DNA from: an uncultured delta proteobacterium
GTDB taxonomy: Bacteria > Desulfobacterota > Binatia > UBA9968
Assembly: GCA_963745835.1 (NCBI GenBank)
Contig: CAVUZH010000013.1
Coordinates: 160,001-224,000 of the forward strand
Length of the DNA: 64,000 nt
Reading direction: 5' to 3'
The position numbers and the translations under genes were made by a program. Shown one piece after another: positions 60,961 through 64,000 of this stretch. Position 1 is the stretch's first letter, and the number at the start of each line of letters is the position of its first letter. The notes below the pieces were generated by a model. That model was given only the letters and a program-made list of their open reading frames with translations, was not told the DNA's origin and did no database searches.

Positions 60961-61962
60961 TTACTTCCACAGCCGGTTAATGAATCCTTCCTTATCCAAC
61001 TCCTGAAAAAAACGGTTGTCGATGAACTGCTCGGGTGTCAGTTTCGCGACCCGCGGATCGGTTTCCGCCATTTGCTGCATCACGGTTTTGAGTGCCTCCG
61101 CCGAAGGACGCGGGATCCTCGGAATGTTTTGCAGAATATACAGATCGTAGAGGTCATTAAAGATCGCCGCATCGCTGCTCCGGAGATACTTTTGCATCAC
61201 CTGAATACTGAAAGCGCGCTGGGTCTTGCCATGGTGCACCCCTTCAACAAAGCCACGGATAAACTTGCGTACCGTATTTTCCTGACGTTTGATAAAAGAA
61301 CGGGTGGTGACAATCGAAGAGGTCGGAAAATTAAGTCCCATCTTGGCGATGTCGGCCAGCTCCCTGAAGCCCTCCTTACGCGCGACAATCGCCAGCTCCG
61401 CATTAACCACTGCAGCATCGAGCGCGCCGGCCCTGAGCGCGTTCAAAAGATCCGGCATGCCACCGAGCTGCAGCACGGCAAAATCCCGCTGCCGCTTGAC
61501 CGGCCATTGATCTTCGACATAGCGCAAGCCGAAGTCGGTGGCCGAACCGAAACGTGAAATGCCGATTTTCTTTCCCTTCAAATCTTCCGCGCGACGAATC
61601 TCCGGCCGTGTCATTACGGAAAAAGTCATGACATTCATCGAACTGCCAATTACTACCAGATCGCCGCCGGCAAGATGCGAGTTGATAACCGCGCCGCCGG
61701 TGAAGATACCGATGGGAATTTCTCCCGATTGCACGACCTGCGCCGCGCGACCACCGCCGCCGACGTACAGCAGTTCTACATCCAAGCCATGCTTGCGAAA
61801 AATTCCTGCTTCGTAAGGAATCCAAACCGATGCCTGCGAGCCGCCAATGGCGCTATAGGTCACTCTGAGCCTCTCAAGCCCCGGCTGAGCGTTCGCTCGC
61901 GGGACTGCATTTGCTAGAAGCAGCCAGAGAACCGGTAGCAGATAGCTATGGAGTTTCCTCAC
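60961..61962 (-). CDS. ABC transporter substrate-binding protein (NMT1/TauA-like)
   Basis: GIFRKHGLDVEL, DLKGKKIGISRFGS, FIDNRFFQELDKEGFI; likely GTG start at 61962. Confidence 0.9.
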   Translation of the reverse strand: MRKLHSYLLPVLWLLLANAVPRANAQPGLERLRVTYSAIGGSQASVWIPYEAGIFRKHGLDVELLYVGGGGRAAQVVQSGEIPIGIFTGGAVINSHLAGGDLVVIGSSMNVMTFSVMTRPEIRRAEDLKGKKIGISRFGSATDFGLRYVEDQWPVKRQRDFAVLQLGGMPDLLNALRAGALDAAVVNAELAIVARKEGFRELADIAKMGLNFPTSSIVTTRSFIKRQENTVRKFIRGFVEGVHHGKTQRAFSIQVMQKYLRSSDAAIFNDLYDLYILQNIPRIPRPSAEALKTVMQQMAETDPRVAKLTPEQFIDNRFFQELDKEGFINRLWK

Positions 61963-62060
61963 GAAACCCTCCCTCAAGCCGCAAGACACGTCAGTGCCCG
62001 GGAATACACGTTGCCAACTATTGTTGTTGCATCGGAAGTAAGAATCGACAAAAAACTGGA

Positions 62061-62309
62061 TTATTTCTCCGCCGGATTATCGGTTTCATTCTTGTTGGCA
62101 CCTCTGATATTCATGCCGGCAAGGATCATCTGCAGTATCACCATCGCCCAAGCTCGAGCGTACCAGCCCCAGACAATCCAAAGCGCATTGCTCAACAAGA
62201 AGCACCAAAACCCGATCATCCTGCGAATCTTTCGCTGCGAGCCAATGAGCCAGGCAGCGATAACCGTCACGACCATCGCCGGCCACTGAAGAGCATCTAG
62301 CCAATCCAT
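62061..62309 (-). CDS. Small membrane protein
   Basis: 82 aa, three hydrophobic segments (QWPAMVVTV, GFWCFLLSN.LW). Confidence 0.75.
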   Translation of the reverse strand: MDWLDALQWPAMVVTVIAAWLIGSQRKIRRMIGFWCFLLSNALWIVWGWYARAWAMVILQMILAGMNIRGANKNETDNPAEK

Positions 62310-62469
62310 CGATAATGTCCATTGCTTGAGACAACGACCAGACCTGAGTTCATCTTTGATCAGCAGCAGAATCGTGATTCATAGATCCGATTTTCTCAAA
62401 ATACGGTGAATCGGATCAAGGATTGTCCGTGCCACGTCGGCTGAGCGGGTAAGATCTTGAATGCGGCTC

Positions 62470-62973
62470 TTAGTCTTCGGACGAAATAGTGTCCTCCTCA
62501 GACTTCCGAGCTCCTCTGTTTAGGATGTGTTCCATTTGGCGCACCACCGAGAGCGTCATCCAGGCCAGAAGGGTTGCCACCAGCGCCAGGCCAAACCGGC
62601 CCAGGCCGACCGCGACGCCCAATGCCGCGGTCATCCAAATGCCCGCGGCCGTGGTTAGTCCCTCGACGGCTCGCTTATCATAGAGCTTCAGGATCGCGCC
62701 GGCGCCGAGAAAGCCGATTCCGGTCACCAGACCCTGTATGACACGTGAAATGCTGTCGGCGTTCATGCCAAACTCGCCGCTCGCGATAACAAAAACCGCC
62801 GCGCCTAAAGCGACCAGCATATGGGTCCTGAGCCCCGCCGGTTTTCCAGCCCGCTCGCGTTGAATGCCGATCACCGCGCCAAAAATCATTGCAACGATTA
62901 GCCGGACGGTTATCCGGGCCATTGCTTCCGCCTCCGGAAATCCGGCTGCTAATTCTTCCCAGACAACGTTCAT
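62470..62973 (-). CDS. MgtC/SapB family protein
   Basis: IGIQRE..AGLRTH, GIGFLGAGAI, GLTTAA.IW. Confidence 0.95.
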   Translation of the reverse strand: MNVVWEELAAGFPEAEAMARITVRLIVAMIFGAVIGIQRERAGKPAGLRTHMLVALGAAVFVIASGEFGMNADSISRVIQGLVTGIGFLGAGAILKLYDKRAVEGLTTAAGIWMTAALGVAVGLGRFGLALVATLLAWMTLSVVRQMEHILNRGARKSEEDTISSED

Positions 62974-63043
62974 AGACGCTAGCTATACTCTAAAAGGCCG
63001 AGCATGCGCGCAGCAAAGCTATGATCCAAAGTAGCGGCAGAAT

Positions 63044-63475
63044 TTACTTAGATTGCTGCTCCTCAAGCTTGCGCAGTCGCTCACGCATGGTGCGCTCTTC
63101 GTTCCAACGGGATGTATCGTCTCTAACGATAGCAGCGATCACCTCGGTCTGTCCGTCTGCGCGCGCTAAAAGCGCTACAGTAAATGCAATCGATAAAGGC
63201 CGGCCATCTTTGTGCCGAGCCGGCACGCGCAAGACTTCCGCGCCGTATTTGGTTTGCCCGGTGCGCATCACTTGCTTGTAGCCGTCCCAATGACGCGCGC
63301 GGAACCGCTCCGGAATAATCAGATCAAGGCTTTGTCCCAACGCTTCCTGCGCTGCAAAACCAAAGATCCGCTCCGCTGCGGGGTTCCACGAGAGGATCCT
63401 CCCTTCCGGATCGGCGGCGATGATGGCGTCGCCGGCGGCCTGAACCAGCCGTTCAAAATCTATTGCATTGCTCAT
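63044..63475 (-). CDS. Stand-alone PAS domain protein
   Basis: DAIIAAD..G.I..WNPAAERIFG..EALGQSLDLIIP..HKDG; GGAG RBS before ATG 63475. Confidence 0.9.
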   Translation of the reverse strand: MSNAIDFERLVQAAGDAIIAADPEGRILSWNPAAERIFGFAAQEALGQSLDLIIPERFRARHWDGYKQVMRTGQTKYGAEVLRVPARHKDGRPLSIAFTVALLARADGQTEVIAAIVRDDTSRWNEERTMRERLRKLEEQQSK

Positions 63476-63713
63476 TGTCATCTCCACGGTCACTATCCTA
63501 TCATCCGCTGCTGTGATGAACGTCATGACCCGGGCACCTACGAGTGTTTTCGGACACCCGGCGGAACTAAGAACCACATCTACAGCATTCGCTCGTAAGA
63601 TTTTGCGCTAGTCTAAGTCAAAGTCAAACTTGATCCCTGATTGAACGCGAAACTGTAGGCAGTCTACTCAACTGATAGGACGCAGACTCAGGACGCGCCT
63701 GGCGCTGCGTGTT

Positions 63714-64000
63714 TTATCTTCGTCTGCCGTAGCCGAACGAACGCTTACCCGGCGCGCCGGCACCGCGGCCGCGGCCGAAAATGGGCTTCGGATTGGGATC
63801 GAGAAGTCGTGTATAGGAGTAGTTAAAATTCTCCAGCTTGACCCGTGGGATCTTCTGGCCAATGAAGCGTTCGATGGCGGCAATCTCCTGGACGTCTTCC
63901 CCGGTCATGATCGTAAAAGCATCGCCGACACTCTGCGCGCGTCCGGTGCGACCGATCCGATGCACGTAATCTTCCGGATGATGCGGCACATCGAAGTTGA
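63714..64000 (-). CDS. DEAD/DEAH-box RNA helicase, C-terminal part (truncated by the window edge)
   Basis: Motif VI YVHRIGRTGRA and a basic Gly/Arg tail. Confidence 0.9.
   Translation of the reverse strand, partial: NFDVPHHPEDYVHRIGRTGRAQSVGDAFTIMTGEDVQEIAAIERFIGQKIPRVKLENFNYSYTRLLDPNPKPIFGRGRGAGAPGKRSFGYGRRR

Overview
Bacterial chromosomal window of moderately high GC. The many NMT1/TauA-like, TctC and TAXI solute-binding proteins suggest a Binatia-like deltaproteobacterial genome (inference). Several otherwise intact genes carry single-base frameshifts, some in homopolymer runs, so the assembly is probably error-prone. Layout: (1) 1-12 kb is an accessory region with five co-oriented ~75-bp hairpin elements, three unrelated SAM methyltransferases (one bounded by inverted repeats, one by 9-bp direct repeats), sigma-54 promoters, an excisionase-like HTH, a triple peptidoglycan-binding protein and a degenerate GIY-YIG-TM-SPOR fusion. 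(2) 12-30 kb is a catabolic/uptake cluster: amidohydrolase, TAXI, FAD oxidoreductase, hydantoinase/oxoprolinase B-A-B and orphan binding proteins. (3) 30-33.5 kb holds a metacaspase plus a papain-like/alpha-beta-hydrolase fusion. (4) 34-45.8 kb has an ABC transporter, DUF169, small hypothetical ORFs, tRNA-Sec, pgm and an unannotated metallothionein. (5) 46-55 kb has tandem family-5 binding proteins, Tex, YoaK and a CPA1 antiporter. (6) 56.6-60.1 kb is an ECF sigma-led alkylation-repair operon with an Ogt-Ada(Zn) fusion lacking an AraC domain, followed by LOG, MgtC, PAS and a truncated DEAD-box helicase. A ~155-bp MITE occurs in three full copies and one partial copy. All family assignments come from motif recognition, not database searches.
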